Made by a program: the position numbers and the translations under genes | Source of the DNA: Eukaryota sp. TZLM1-RC | Lineage: Eukaryota > Protista > Metamonada: BaSk clade | Assembly: GCA_040285825.1 (NCBI GenBank) | Contig: JAUPSS010000009.1 | Location: 558,001-622,000 of the forward strand | Reading direction: 5' to 3' | Length of the DNA stretch: 64,000 nucleotides | The notes under the pieces: generated by a model | What the model was told of the DNA's origin: nothing | What the model saw: the letters and a program-made list of their open reading frames with translations, nothing else | Database searches by the model: none | Shown: in pieces, positions 35,837 through 47,672 of the stretch | How positions within the stretch are numbered: the first letter of the stretch is position 1 | How the letters are laid out: the number at the start of each line of letters is the position of its first letter

Positions 35837-36145
35837 ATGCCAGCTCCTCATATTGTTAGGGAACGTTTGAAGAAACGTCAGCAAAAACAAACTTTTCGGC
35901 GAATGAAACTACTCAAAACTGCGGCAAAGCTTAAGAAATCGTTACCAAGTGCTCCAATCCGGTTAGAAGAGAGCGATCAGCCTCAACAAGACAATCCACC
36001 AGCTATTTCTGAACATGAACAATCACCAGTTGAATCACAACCTCCCAAGGAAATCAAAAAGAAACGCAAAGTCAAGATTGATAAGAAGGGACGTCCAACA
36101 CTATCTTCCCAGATTAATCTCATTTTAGATAAACTGGATAAGTAG
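35837..36145 (+). CDS. Fyv7/TAP26(CCDC59)-like small basic rRNA-processing protein
   Basis: C-terminal KKGRPTLSSQINLILDKL resembles the KKGQPNL..Q..LL.KI family motif. Confidence 0.6.
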   Translation: MPAPHIVRERLKKRQQKQTFRRMKLLKTAAKLKKSLPSAPIRLEESDQPQQDNPPAISEHEQSPVESQPPKEIKKKRKVKIDKKGRPTLSSQINLILDKLDK

Positions 36146-36439
36146 TATGTTTCGTCGTTGAATTCATCTAGTTTTTGATCTAGTTTTTGCTAGATTTGCG
36201 ATACTTCTTTCTTAGTCATTATGGTTTCGCAAGAATTAGTTTTTTGTAAGTATATAGTTTTTTATTTTAGCATTACAACAAGGACATTATATGTGGTTTT
36301 TCTCTGCAAATTTATTTTCTTGCTTATGGTGGTCCATTACCTAAGTTCAACAGTACACATCATTTTTACAAAATATGCGCAATCTAGAAAACAAGACAAA
36401 TTGTAGAAAAGCAACTTATGAAAAGCACTATATAATTAA

Positions 36440-36670
36440 GCCATGCTGAAGCAAAAAGCTCCTGGCACCTATAAAAAACAAAACCTTTAGAAAATATTTT
36501 TGAGAGAATAACCAAAAATTATACACCATAAAAAGTTCTTTGAACGATTTTAAACGTGCAAGAAGTATAGATGTCTATGGAATCGTAATGTCAATGCTGT
36601 TCTTTATATGATTCATCTTGTAGATCAGCATCTACAAAAAATGAAGTACCTCAAGTTTTGAAAAGATCAA
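36440..36670 (+). pseudogene. Small Fanzor C-terminal remnant
   Basis: FRKYF..CKKYRCLWNRNVNAVLYMIHLV..VPQVLKR resembles the WNRD.NA..N...RP..L.R ending. Confidence 0.45.
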
Positions 36671-36745
36671 CTGGATTCTTTTCATCTTCATATTCCAGTT
36701 ATCTCAACGGGAAACTACTATTTGACATTTTTGTGTTGCTAGCTG

Positions 36746-37291
36746 ATGTCCTTCTCATCACTCCCAGAACTTCAGCACTTCGTTGAAGATATATCATTTC
36801 GATCTTCTGCTCTAATTGCGGAGTACGTTGATTATCTCTCAAAATACACAAAGCAGCAGAAAATACAGAAAAGCCAGTCTGCACGTACACAACGTGCTAA
36901 ACAATCCAAATCTAAGTCCTCTTCTTACCTCTCATCTTACATGTCGCGTTCCCAAAATCCAACATCAATTTCTTGCTCCACACAACCTATCCAATCCCCT
37001 ACCCCCAAAACCACACCTACTATTCCTGCTTCTCAAACTTATCCTCGCCGTAAACAGTTTCGACCCATTCCTAAGGATGTCACTGATGTTTCTCTCCTCA
37101 CCACTAGTGAACTTGACTCTCTCATTCATGCCAATAAGGAGGAAGTATTTAGACTCACTCAATGTATCTCTCCAATACTCAAGACTGAACTTCGTACTTC
37201 ACAACGAATGCTGAGACAATCTATTGGTGAGGAGGTTGGTCAAGTTAAGGTTTTAAGATCTGATGTTCCAAGACGACAACGTATGGTTTGA
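36746..37291 (+). CDS. Hypothetical protein (181 aa)
   Basis: ATG-initiated ORF with host-like composition and a T-rich 3' UTR. Confidence 0.6.
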   Translation: MSFSSLPELQHFVEDISFRSSALIAEYVDYLSKYTKQQKIQKSQSARTQRAKQSKSKSSSYLSSYMSRSQNPTSISCSTQPIQSPTPKTTPTIPASQTYPRRKQFRPIPKDVTDVSLLTTSELDSLIHANKEEVFRLTQCISPILKTELRTSQRMLRQSIGEEVGQVKVLRSDVPRRQRMV

Positions 37292-37457
37292 AAGCTTTTT
37301 TGATTCTTTTTCTTTGTAATTCACCTTGTTTTTTGAGATTGAAATTTCCATAACTTCAATCTTTGCATCCATTAATTTATTTATCGTTTCATTTACAGTT
37401 TTATTATAATTACTGCTGCTGCTTCAATTTTTTGTATAATATTGATAAAATGTACAT

Positions 37458-38123
37458 TTAATCTTCTATTTTTTTGAACAATTCTATAAATTTGGTATTA
37501 AAAATTCTATCCCACTCCATTGGTTCTTCACTTTGAGAATGTTTCAACAACAACGTCCTAAACCTACTCACATCAACATTTCTATCTGGCTTAATCATGC
37601 ACTTTGAGTCTGCATCATAAGCGCCATCTATGCTTTCCTGGACACACTGACGAACCTTTAGGACAAACGGTATGTCTTCAAGTGGTGTCGTGTCCTTTTC
37701 AGATAGATAAGTCTGGTATTCTGACCATACTCGGGAATTAACAGCGCTCTGAGAAGTAATGTTGGTTAATTCAAAGAGACAATGTATAAATGAAACAATT
37801 TGTTTAACATGTGGTTCAGATGAGGTGTGTTCATGTGTAAACATTGAACGTGGCAGTACTTCATGTGATTGGGGTATTAATGGATGATAAAGTCTGGTGG
37901 TAAATACTAAACGAGGATACACTGAAACACCTTCATAGTGCTTAGGAAATTCTATCAGAAACCGGAATATACCTTGTGAATATAGACCTGATCGAACAAA
38001 CACTATTCCATCCCATATTGAGGCATCAGTTTTTCTTGGTGTTATGTAGACTCCACGGAAAGAAGCGGGATTTCTATTGGCCTCTTGTACAAGGATAGAA
38101 TACTGATTGTAGATAGCCTGCAT
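37458..38123 (-). CDS. AKTIP/FTS-like ubiquitin-conjugating enzyme variant
   Basis: QYSILVQE..GVYITP..WDGIVFVRSGLYSQGIFRF..LYHPLI; no catalytic Cys; first ATG at 38123. Confidence 0.8.
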   Translation of the reverse strand: MQAIYNQYSILVQEANRNPASFRGVYITPRKTDASIWDGIVFVRSGLYSQGIFRFLIEFPKHYEGVSVYPRLVFTTRLYHPLIPQSHEVLPRSMFTHEHTSSEPHVKQIVSFIHCLFELTNITSQSAVNSRVWSEYQTYLSEKDTTPLEDIPFVLKVRQCVQESIDGAYDADSKCMIKPDRNVDVSRFRTLLLKHSQSEEPMEWDRIFNTKFIELFKKIED

Positions 38124-38139
38124 TGGACGAAAAAGTTGC

Positions 38140-38297
38140 AAGAAAGCGTCTGTGATTTTGATTTGAAATGCATCAAACTTGTTCCAAGAACTTTCATCCT
38201 TGGTGACATCGTCCACAGACGTTCTAGAATCCTCGAATAATTGGCCACCAATCTCAGTGAACCCATTTTTCCTCTAGAACACTACGTAGCTTGGAAG
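38140..38297 (-). ncRNA. Candidate omegaRNA of Fanzor family D
   Basis: Directly after the stop: GTTCTAGA/TCTAGAAC (38280/38221); ATTGG/CCAAT; CGTCTGTG/CACAGACG (38221/38147) enclosing CCAAGGAT-GAAA-GTTCTTGG and TTTGA/TCAAA. Confidence 0.6.
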
Positions 38298-38950
38298 CTA
38301 ATTTCTTTGTGGTCTCTGGAACGCTTCTGGTCTTGTTCCGTAGTGCTCACTAATTGCAATTACTAGCTGATTTAGTGATGCAGAAATGTCTCTAGGCCAT
38401 ACTTGATTACATTCCGGACAACTGAAATAGGCGTTGTGAACTTCATCGATAGTCAGGAAATGACTGTTTTCAGGAAAACGCACAAACTGATAAATATACA
38501 ATTTTATAATGGATACTGGACTTGCTTTAATCTTTTGCTTTCCTAAAAAAAGTAATCTGATGTGAAATTTGATGAAATTGTGGTAAGTCACAGCAATTGT
38601 TTGTAAATTCTATGAGTTGGTATAAAGTTTCTCAATTTCATTCCTTTAGGCAGTTCTTGCCTCAGTTGTATCCATTCGGTGTAAGATCAGCTTCCTCACC
38701 AACACAGCTGAATGCTATAGCAGATATCAGATTGTACAGCTGATCCACGTGTACATTTTTAGAACTCAAAAAATTATTAACATTGAATTTTGTCCAAATG
38801 TTCTGAGACAAAATCCTTGAACGAACATCGTTAAAAAGATGATCAAAGTTGAGATGAAGAATTGTCTTTACAGTTAAACAGGTCCACTGAGACCAATTTA
38901 TCAAGCTAGACCAAATCGTTGACTAATCTTCGTAAAAGAAGTGTTTCAGC
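38298..38950 (-). pseudogene. Fanzor remnant, family D
   Basis: HFLTIDE (RuvC-II), FSCPECNQVWPRDISASLN (Zn finger/RuvC-III), RPEAFQR; internal deletion. The upstream limit is uncertain. Confidence 0.75.
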
Positions 38951-39822
38951 TACTGAGATATAATAAACTGTGACAGAACGTAGTACAAAGCGAAAAAGGT
39001 CAGCGAAAGGAGACGCTTTCAATATTTAATGGAAGGAGATCAGCATAGGTTGATGAGGAGAGGGAGTTGACAGAAAGATCCACATTTCGAGCAACAGAAA
39101 TTGAAAGAATTAGGCTAGGGGGAGTAAGACTACGGGGCTTATTATTCATCCTGACAGCCCACCACAGTAGAAATATTCAAAATGCAAATCGAATCCTCTT
39201 ATTGAGATCTTTTAAACGGGAAACGGTTTGTTTGAGCAGAACATCTCCAATGGAATAGTCTTTATATAATAGAAATGTGCTAAACAGAGCGAAATATCAG
39301 AGTCTTGAATTTTTATTGTCCAATTAGATTTTTTGGTTAAATCATTTTCTTTCAAAGTTTCAGCCAGAGGAATAGATTTCATTGATGATAAGATTACTCA
39401 TTCCAAACTCTACATTGAACACTATCTGTAAAATATCAGCGTTTCAAGCACTGAAGAACTTGTATTTCTGCGAGAGAATGTGTATCAAAACTTTCAACAA
39501 CAAGTATACATTCTGCAAACAAATGTTTCACTTAAACAATAACGGACAGTTATTTTCGGATCTAACATATCGTTCAATTAGTGATCAAAAAGAAGGCACA
39601 ATTAAAAACAAGTTCCAGACCTAATACACTCAATTGATTAATCTGAAATTCTCTTCATCAATACCATTTTCAGTGTGATGATCTTCAAGGGCAATTGTAC
39701 AATCAGAGAAAACTTCATTTAGATTTGCTGTTTACCAAACCTGAAATGATTACATATTGAAAACTCCTTAGAGATGATTCATAGAGTTGAGTCACTCTAC
39801 ACTTTCATTCATCATCTGAGCG

Positions 39823-40611
39823 ATGGCTAATCTTGATGCTTTACGCAGCCGACTTCTACAACTCAAATCAAAGGTCGCTGATATCCAAAATGAGATATGC
39901 CAAATAGAATCACTCCTTCCTCCACCCACATCTGACCCACTAGAGGAACCTGAACCCATGCCCACTCCTGAGCAATCATCAATTCAAAAATTTTTTGTTT
40001 ACACAGATGGATCTTGTCTGAACAATCAGGGGCGTGGCAGTAATGTGGGTGGTATGGGAGTCTACATTGAGTTGAACGGACATAAATTTGCTGAACTGAA
40101 TGCTGGTTCTTTGGATACCACCAATAATAGGATGGAGTTACTAGCATGTATAGAAGGCCTCAAGTATTTAAAGCAACATGTATCAGCCAGTCAGTCCCAA
40201 TACGAGATTGTTCTTCTGACGGACAGTCAGTACGTTAAGAACGGAATAGTGTCTTGGATCCAAAACTGGAAAAGAAACAATTGGAAAACCAGCAACAAAA
40301 CTGATGTCAAAAACCGTGATTTGTGGCAGCAATTGGATCAATTTAATCAGCAACTAACTGTTCAATGGAAGTGGGTGAGAGGTCATGCCCAATGCTTTGG
40401 TAATAAAGAAGCCGACCGTCTGGCAGTTGAGGCAGCTCACCGCGTCAGAAAGGACAGGGTAACATACGAGGCAGCTGGTATCGTGGTTTGTCCTGCTGAA
40501 GTGCCAAAGAAACTTGAACCAGACCATCTTGCTGCAACCGTTCCTGTTTTGCCGGTGAAGAAGAAGTCACTGTATCCTCCGTTGAAAAGGCTGCGTCTCC
40601 CCACGCACTAA
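39823..40611 (+). CDS. Ribonuclease H1
   Basis: YTDGSC, TNNRMEL, TDSQYVKNGI, VKNRDLW, WVRGH, GNKEADRLA. Confidence 0.95.
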   Translation: MANLDALRSRLLQLKSKVADIQNEICQIESLLPPPTSDPLEEPEPMPTPEQSSIQKFFVYTDGSCLNNQGRGSNVGGMGVYIELNGHKFAELNAGSLDTTNNRMELLACIEGLKYLKQHVSASQSQYEIVLLTDSQYVKNGIVSWIQNWKRNNWKTSNKTDVKNRDLWQQLDQFNQQLTVQWKWVRGHAQCFGNKEADRLAVEAAHRVRKDRVTYEAAGIVVCPAEVPKKLEPDHLAATVPVLPVKKKSLYPPLKRLRLPTH

Positions 40612-41321
40612 AATCCTAAGCACTGGGTTACCTTTTTGGATAGTGTGGATAGCTGCACTAATATCCTAATTTTTTTGGATCCACTATTATAGTAGTCAAT
40701 GCAAGCATTGGCTAATATTGACACTTTGTTTTTAGTTATTGTTGTTTATTTTTTTACCTCGATTCAAGTGAATTATTGTTAATAAAACAATCAGAGAAAA
40801 CCATTTTTCATACATTTTACGATTGAGTATTGTTTATTAGAGGAACTTATTGAAATATGAAGTGAAATAAGAATGCTGTTGGAAATTTACCAATTTAAAA
40901 GACATAAACGACATCACTTCTTCTCTCTTCGAAAAATGGATTTCTCATAGTTAAACTTGAATAATGTTACCAATCAGGAAGCAAGACTCAAACCTGCAGA
41001 ACTAATTATAGCCTGTGATATGAACTCGCTACTCATTAAACCTGTAAATACTGTATTTTTTTCATCCACATACCCCGCTTTAAACAAATTTTCAAAATCA
41101 GAAAAAAACCTATTTGTTACCGTCTTTGTCAAAATTGGCGAAATTAAAATCATTATGAATAACAATTTTATTTTGAATTGACATTTACAAATAGATAATC
41201 TTACTCAGCAAAAAACGGTTAATATACAAAAAAACCCAGAAAAATTAATTAAGGCAATTCACATATAAGAATTTAAATTAAATAAAATAAAAAAAAACAT
41301 AAAATACAACTGCTCTGTAGG

Positions 41322-42305
41322 TCAATCATCTGACAGATACCTACTTGGGGAAGGTAGAGTGCTTTCACGGCTCCCAAAGGACACCTCCACGTTTCTGATC
41401 AAGGATTGATTGTCGATGAGGGTCGAAGGATCAGGTAATTTGATTGAATTAATGATAGGCTGCACTCTCGGCAACTCGACTTCCTCGGTAGGCAACATTT
41501 CTATACTGCTAAAATCAGAAAAATCATCATTTTCAAAACTAATCAAATTTGACAGATTTACATGATTCTGGCCCTTAGTATCGACATTTGATGGATTACA
41601 ATCAACAAAATCACCTTCCGTTCCCACTGCAACGCTTGAAACCTTTGCTTCCTTGTGCTTGTGTCTTTTTTTCGTCTTCTTTTCTCTTTTCTTCTTTCCG
41701 TTAGTAATATACTTCAAGGGATCGTCAAGACCTAAAGCAAGAAATCTCAGAGCAGGTGAACCTTCTTCAATTGCAAGAGGAAGTTCTGTAGGGGGATCAG
41801 GAACGATAAGAACATCAGAGCAAGCTTCTTGGAGTTCAGTAAAGAGAGAAGAAGCAGAACGAATAAAATCTGACTGTGACTTGTTCATCAACGCCTGGGT
41901 TTTGCCTTCCACGCAATTCACTCTACTTCGTTTATGGTTGAGTTCCGACTGAAGATTACGAAACACCGTGCCTTCAGCATCAGCGTATTGGTTAATGGAA
42001 GCGATTGCTGACGATTCTAAACGTTTGATTTCTGCGACTAGTCTGTTGCAGTGATCTGTAATAGCGTGATTGTACTTTGTTCTCAGTTTTTCAATGATCT
42101 TGAGAGAGTGCAGGCTTTTACGTTGAGATTCGTCTAAAGATTGTCTGTAAAGAGAAGATTTTTCAAGTAAGATCTTGCCTTCGTTCACTCGGCGGATGTA
42201 TAAAGTACCAATCGAATCACGTAGTTTAGGATCCTTGTTTAAGGCAGTGGAGGTTTTGTAGGATGAAGAAAGAGGTACTGAATGAGTGTCAAGGGGAATT
42301 GACAT
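41322..42305 (-). CDS. Hypothetical coiled-coil protein
   Basis: Long open frame with a heptad-rich middle, a basic NLS-like stretch and an acidic tail. Confidence 0.7.
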   Translation of the reverse strand: MSIPLDTHSVPLSSSYKTSTALNKDPKLRDSIGTLYIRRVNEGKILLEKSSLYRQSLDESQRKSLHSLKIIEKLRTKYNHAITDHCNRLVAEIKRLESSAIASINQYADAEGTVFRNLQSELNHKRSRVNCVEGKTQALMNKSQSDFIRSASSLFTELQEACSDVLIVPDPPTELPLAIEEGSPALRFLALGLDDPLKYITNGKKKREKKTKKRHKHKEAKVSSVAVGTEGDFVDCNPSNVDTKGQNHVNLSNLISFENDDFSDFSSIEMLPTEEVELPRVQPIINSIKLPDPSTLIDNQSLIRNVEVSFGSRESTLPSPSRYLSDD

Positions 42306-42789
42306 GGAATGGAGAGCAAAATTCAAAGTTGTTGAGTGTTAAGCTGTGGGAGGTGAAGACTCTAGATTTGGGTCCAAACAATTGAAGCTTTTATCAGCCC
42401 AAAACAACCAAATTGTGAAAATGAGAACAAATGTTCATTCTGTCAACATTCTTAAGATGAAGACCCTCTAGCAATCCCCCTCTTTACGTTTGACATGTTG
42501 TTAAGTCAATTCAACAACCACTTTTATGTCTGTTTTCATCCAGAACTTGCAACCACAGACCATTTTAATCATTTTTATATCAAAACGCAAGTTGACTGCT
42601 TTGATGGAATCGGATTTTGGTGTGATCATGGACAGTTGGTTCGAAAACCACGTTCACATTCACCATTTTGGTGTCTTCTGTATTACTCTCGGGAACCTGA
42701 AGCCGTTTCTCCTGGCCCTTCAACCTTTTGAGCTTCCTCCAGACGTCAAACTTTCCGATTTCAGCTGATCACAAACTTTTTTTGGTGCT

Positions 42790-43250
42790 TCAAAATATAT
42801 TATATAATAATGTATAAGATTCACGCTTGTCCCCATATAACAAGTTCTGGGCAACTCTCAATGTTCGTTTACGTTGACTAACAGATAGTTCTAGATTTGA
42901 CATTGTCTGCATCCTTGTTGGAGAAATAACACCGGCTCTCTTAACATCATCTATCACGATGTTAGCAGCAACCTTAGGTGGTAATTTAGATTTTGGAAAG
43001 GAAGTACAGTATTTATTGTGATCGTGAAAGAGACTCACAGTCCAAATGAGAGAGAGGTTGGTCGTGGAGCGTGCTGCAAGTTTGAAGCCACAAGTTTTGT
43101 CCTCATACCTGATTTCCCAGCGTTTAGTGTTTTTTCCATGAGCCAACATAAATCCACTTTTCTTTTGTAATATATGTTGTTACACAGCTATTTCCAGTGA
43201 TAGTTTAGAAGTAGAAGATGTCCCTGTATCCAGAGTAACTGGAGATTGTT
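42790..43250 (-). mobile_element. MuDR/MULE transposase remnant
   Basis: CGFKLAAR..WTVSLFHDHNKYC DNA-binding motif and AQNLLYGDKRESYTLL, typical of Mutator transposases. Confidence 0.65.
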
Positions 43251-43881
43251 GTTTCAACCTATGGACATCTAATGATATTGTCATATGATTGCTTCTGGAT
43301 ATTGTTCCAAAAGTTGTAGAAAAAGTGATTTTTGGATTTTGATTTATTTGTTTTAATTCGCATGGATTTTGTCGTTTTTCCTTGTTTTTGATAGTTATAT
43401 GTTTATATTGCCAATATTGACCAATATAAGAGATACAACCTCCCGTCACCATTTCCATCGTTGGATCCTGGTACTCTCTTTTGAGAGCAAGTAACCGTTA
43501 TAGAAGAAGATTCTTCATGCGTCTGGTCAGGTTGGAAGGGAGGGGATGCTTGTTCGATGCGGGTTTCTCCTTCTTCGTCATCGGGTTTCACTTCTCCAAT
43601 ACAACAGAAATCATGAACTGTGATTATTGCATTTTTTGGTTTCATGCACCATTGTAATTGAATAAAAACCATGTAAATTGAACGTTAGATTAGGGCGACC
43701 ACTTACGAAAGATCAACTGTTTTCTTGTATCGACCGTTTATTTCTTCATTAATCAAGATTAAAACATACAACTTTTGATGATACTTGTAGTCATTGAGTT
43801 CATGAACTCCAACTTTCAATATACAAATGATTTATAAAACAGATTTCAAAAAGATCACAACTGAAAACCACATCTAAACTA

Positions 43882-45144
43882 TCATTGATTGAGAGACGCA
43901 AACTCAGAGACGTAGCGATTGTAGTCACAATGGAGTTGTGAAATGAACTCCTCAATGTAGTCCGAAATGTTGGGATCCATGACAGTGAGGCGGAAGTACA
44001 GATTTCCATCGATTTTGGTGGAAGCAAACTGTAAACTCTGGTGACGATGGTTATGATAGGCACAGAACTTGGTAACGAAATAGGACATTGGAATGTCATT
44101 ATGAAGAAACCGGAACAGAATTATACAAAGATCAGTCTTCAACAATTCAATGTTCAAGGAGGACTGACGGAGACGAGCTTTGATGGTTGAACATCCATTG
44201 AGGAGCGACAGCAAGATATCACGGTATGAATTTGACTCATACAGAATCTTGTGTCCGAAATATACAGAGGTGACAAGAGCTCCTGACCGAGAACCTTCCA
44301 GAGTGGATGAAGAGCAGACACTATGATCGATATAGGCGACATCAGTGGTCGAATCAATGAACTTACGATGTGTCGCATTCTTCAAAAGAAAAGTGCCTGC
44401 TCCATATGGACAGAAACCTAATTTGTGTGGATCCATCGACACCGAATCGGCAGATGATAAGACGTCAAATTGAGCCTTGGTACGAGCAGGAAGCGCATTC
44501 TGCACAATTTTGAAGTATCCTCCCCATGCAGCATCAACATGAACAAATATGGGCTTGGATTCACAAGCATCAAGAACATTAACCAAATCCTCAACCATGC
44601 CAGATTCAGTTGTTCCCATGTTGACAACTATCGCGAGAAGGTCATCAAGTGAATTTGGAAGCACAAGATCGCCATCAGCATTTGTTTCACAGACAACAAA
44701 GTCTAATGATAGAATATCACACGCCTTTGTTACGGAATAGTGACAAAACCGACTGCCAAGAACTTTGGTCACACGTCTTCCTTCTGATCGAGCTTTGTTG
44801 CGAGCAATCCACAGAGCCATAAGATTGCTGGCGGTTCCTCCAGAGGAGATATATCCCCAAGAGTTTCCATCATAACCAATGATGTCAGACATCGATCTCA
44901 CATACTCCACCTCAAAACCTGAAGTGACTGGAGAACATTCAACAGCCACATTGTTTTGATTCAAAAATAACGCGGCAGAGAGGGCGTCCATGTGAGGTGT
45001 GGACACGTCATAAAGCATGTGTCCCATGTAGTGCCTGCTGGAAAAATGGATCGAACCATTGCTCACAACGTCTTGCAAATCCTTTAAAGCGGCATGATAA
45101 CCACTTGGTAGAGGAAAGGAATTGTGTGGGTCCCGAGCAAACAT
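43882..45144 (-). CDS. Group II PLP-dependent amino-acid decarboxylase (bacterial tyrosine-decarboxylase-like)
   Basis: YMGHM, SGGTASNL, HYSVTKA, GTTESG, HVDAAWGG, SMDPHKLG (PLP lysine), TLEGSRSGA; first ATG at 45144. Confidence 0.9.
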   Translation of the reverse strand: MFARDPHNSFPLPSGYHAALKDLQDVVSNGSIHFSSRHYMGHMLYDVSTPHMDALSAALFLNQNNVAVECSPVTSGFEVEYVRSMSDIIGYDGNSWGYISSGGTASNLMALWIARNKARSEGRRVTKVLGSRFCHYSVTKACDILSLDFVVCETNADGDLVLPNSLDDLLAIVVNMGTTESGMVEDLVNVLDACESKPIFVHVDAAWGGYFKIVQNALPARTKAQFDVLSSADSVSMDPHKLGFCPYGAGTFLLKNATHRKFIDSTTDVAYIDHSVCSSSTLEGSRSGALVTSVYFGHKILYESNSYRDILLSLLNGCSTIKARLRQSSLNIELLKTDLCIILFRFLHNDIPMSYFVTKFCAYHNHRHQSLQFASTKIDGNLYFRLTVMDPNISDYIEEFISQLHCDYNRYVSEFASLNQ

Positions 45145-46629
45145 TGTCGTGAGAATTTGGGTCAAGCAATTTCTCAACTCTCATCGATATCAGCAATATC
45201 CACTACTGAATGGCTTGTCTCCACTTGATTAATCAACACCAGGCTACTGTTGAAGCTTTTGCTAGCATTTCTGTATGATCATAATGAATAAAGTGCTGCT
45301 AGGTGCTTTTCATCTCTTCTCTTCTTGTTTCTCCTGTTATCGACCTCGTCAAACGAGATTGTTCTCCTCCGGCTTGTTCAGTAGTTGGCGAAAATGGAGT
45401 CGACGAGGTGCCCGTGGCCTTTGTAGATCTCATCTTGCATCTTACGTCTACAGAAGGTTCTACTATTGCTGATTTTCAACATTTTCTCATTTAACAGAGG
45501 TGTAGAACTCCAGAAGCACCTTCAATGTTTGATAAACAAGGGTGGGTGGAGCCAGTCCCGAAACCATACCATTTCAGTGATACGTAACCTGTAAACTACT
45601 TTCTATTGGATTTAGCAGAAACTTCCCAATGAGTGGCTGAAAAGATAGGATTCTTTAGTCTCTGACATCTGATAGATACGAAAAGAATATTGTTTATAAG
45701 GTCTTGCTATTGATGACTTAGTTTTACGCATGTCTGGTCACACTTACTAGCCATATTTCTTCAAACGGGGCAAAAGAGAAGGACGTTACATCATATTGAA
45801 TGTTACCTAGAGAACTTCAGGGTTACGGAGCTCGAAGTTTGGTAGCGTAGTTTCTATAGGCTGTTGAGTGAGCTTTTGAAGATTAATGCTGGGGCATCAT
45901 GGCCCGTCGCAGTAGAAGCTGTTCTGTATAGTCGAGAAAGCAGCGCGTTCTATGCCCAACCGTGGTACCAAGTGTAAAAAGGGCAAAAGAAGGAGCAAGT
46001 GGGGTGGGAGTAACTTATTGATACAGTTATGGAGATATCCGAACACTACTCAGAACATGTGTTAACAATGTATAGAATGTTCCAAGAAACATAAATCACT
46101 TCTGACAGGGTTACGTTGAGAAATGCCTTTTCAGAATCTGAAAAATTGCTTTTACAACTACAATGCATTACAACCTGAAGTAATGTCCTTTCTACATCTT
46201 TTATTCCTTCCATCAACAACCACAATGAAATCCTCAGTGTCAGACAAGGCAACCTGGTGATACTTTGACCAGTCTATGTCCATCAAGATGTTGATTAGGA
46301 TCAGATTTATGTGAAAAGGCATTAAAAGGAGATGGTAAATTGTTTTGGAAGTGAGGGGTAACACTCGCTGAAAATGAGCATCTGAAGCGTCTTTTTTACA
46401 AGAGACGTTAAAAATACCGTTTGATGCAACACAATGGAAATTGCAGCTATAGAGGGTCTTTCAAAGTCGACAACATATCAAAAATATAAGAAATCAATAG
46501 AAATAAGATGCGCTGTATTTACTACTAAATTTCTGATACACACCACCAAAACAAACAAAAAAGAAGCAGCTATAGTTATTAAAATATTGTTCATTTATTG
46601 AGATTATTTCATTAAGACCTATTCAATTT

Positions 46630-47450
46630 ACCCTACAATATTAAACACTATATTTAATTATGTCCGTCTTTATTAATGTTGGTGATTTTAAATTTAAAAT
46701 GGTACCGGAATAAAAAATACAAATACAAGAATGTAAAAATATTTATTTCATCAACAACAAATGTTCTCTAAAAGAAAAACATTCATACACCAAGACGAGT
46801 CAACAGTCAGGGAAGAACTATCAACAATATTTGGCTGTCTGATGAAGTACAATCAATTTAATGTCAGTAATAATAATAAGATAATGATTTAGCATCATCA
46901 ACATGAATGCTGGTTTATCATCCACTGTCTCTAGTGCTTCAATTATCTTGCCTTTGAGATAAAATGAAAAGTTGGCAAATGCGGGATTCTTTTCCATAGT
47001 CAAGCTAAGAAAAACAGTAAAGCCAAGTTTTCAAGGACTGTAAGTATGTTTTTTGTAATTTGGAGTATGCAAATTCTAAAAAATCAAATATCTAGGGCCA
47101 TTTCCTGAAATTTCACCAAAAAAAAGCATGTGGACCAGATTTTGGGAAGAGATGTATTCAATTACACACATTGTTTCTATCTCAACACACATTTCGATTG
47201 CTTCTTGAAGTCCTATTCAATAATGTTCCATATTTTAGACTAAATTTCGTAAGTGAACCCGTTGCAAAGCATAAGATTTTTGTCCATTCTTTAAAACTTT
47301 GAGGGCAGAATTCTTTGTTGATTTGTTGCATGTGGATCCAGGAATGTTGAAAAGCAATATATTTCCTGCACCAAATTTTAGAGGAGTTTGATTTTCCAAA
47401 TCTTCTTTTTTGTATCAATCATCATACTGATGTCTGACAATGCCTTAAAT
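46630..47450 (-). mobile_element. Possible piggyBac-like remnant
   Basis: Weak motifs (IWKIKLL, GSLTKFSLKYG, a Cys-rich tail ending ECF) and a TTTA-CCCT terminus-like sequence at ~46627. Confidence 0.3.
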
Positions 47451-47672
47451 TAAATCATTTTCGCTGAAGAATCTCTTGAACTGTATCCAAAACTTTTTAA
47501 TACAAAATGCCCCAGTGTCACTTTATTTATTGCAATAAACCCGTGCAAACAATTACAAGACGACGAAATAAATAAAATGAAGGTGCAAATAATTTTATTT
47601 TTTTTGACCAAAATTTTAATTTTCAACATCCCCAAAATAAATTTATTGGTTATTATAGTAACACAAACCAAA

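Noticed and set aside
45275-46380. Possible secreted-protein pseudogene and SWIM-like MULE fragment
   Set aside because: Too decayed to assign by eye.
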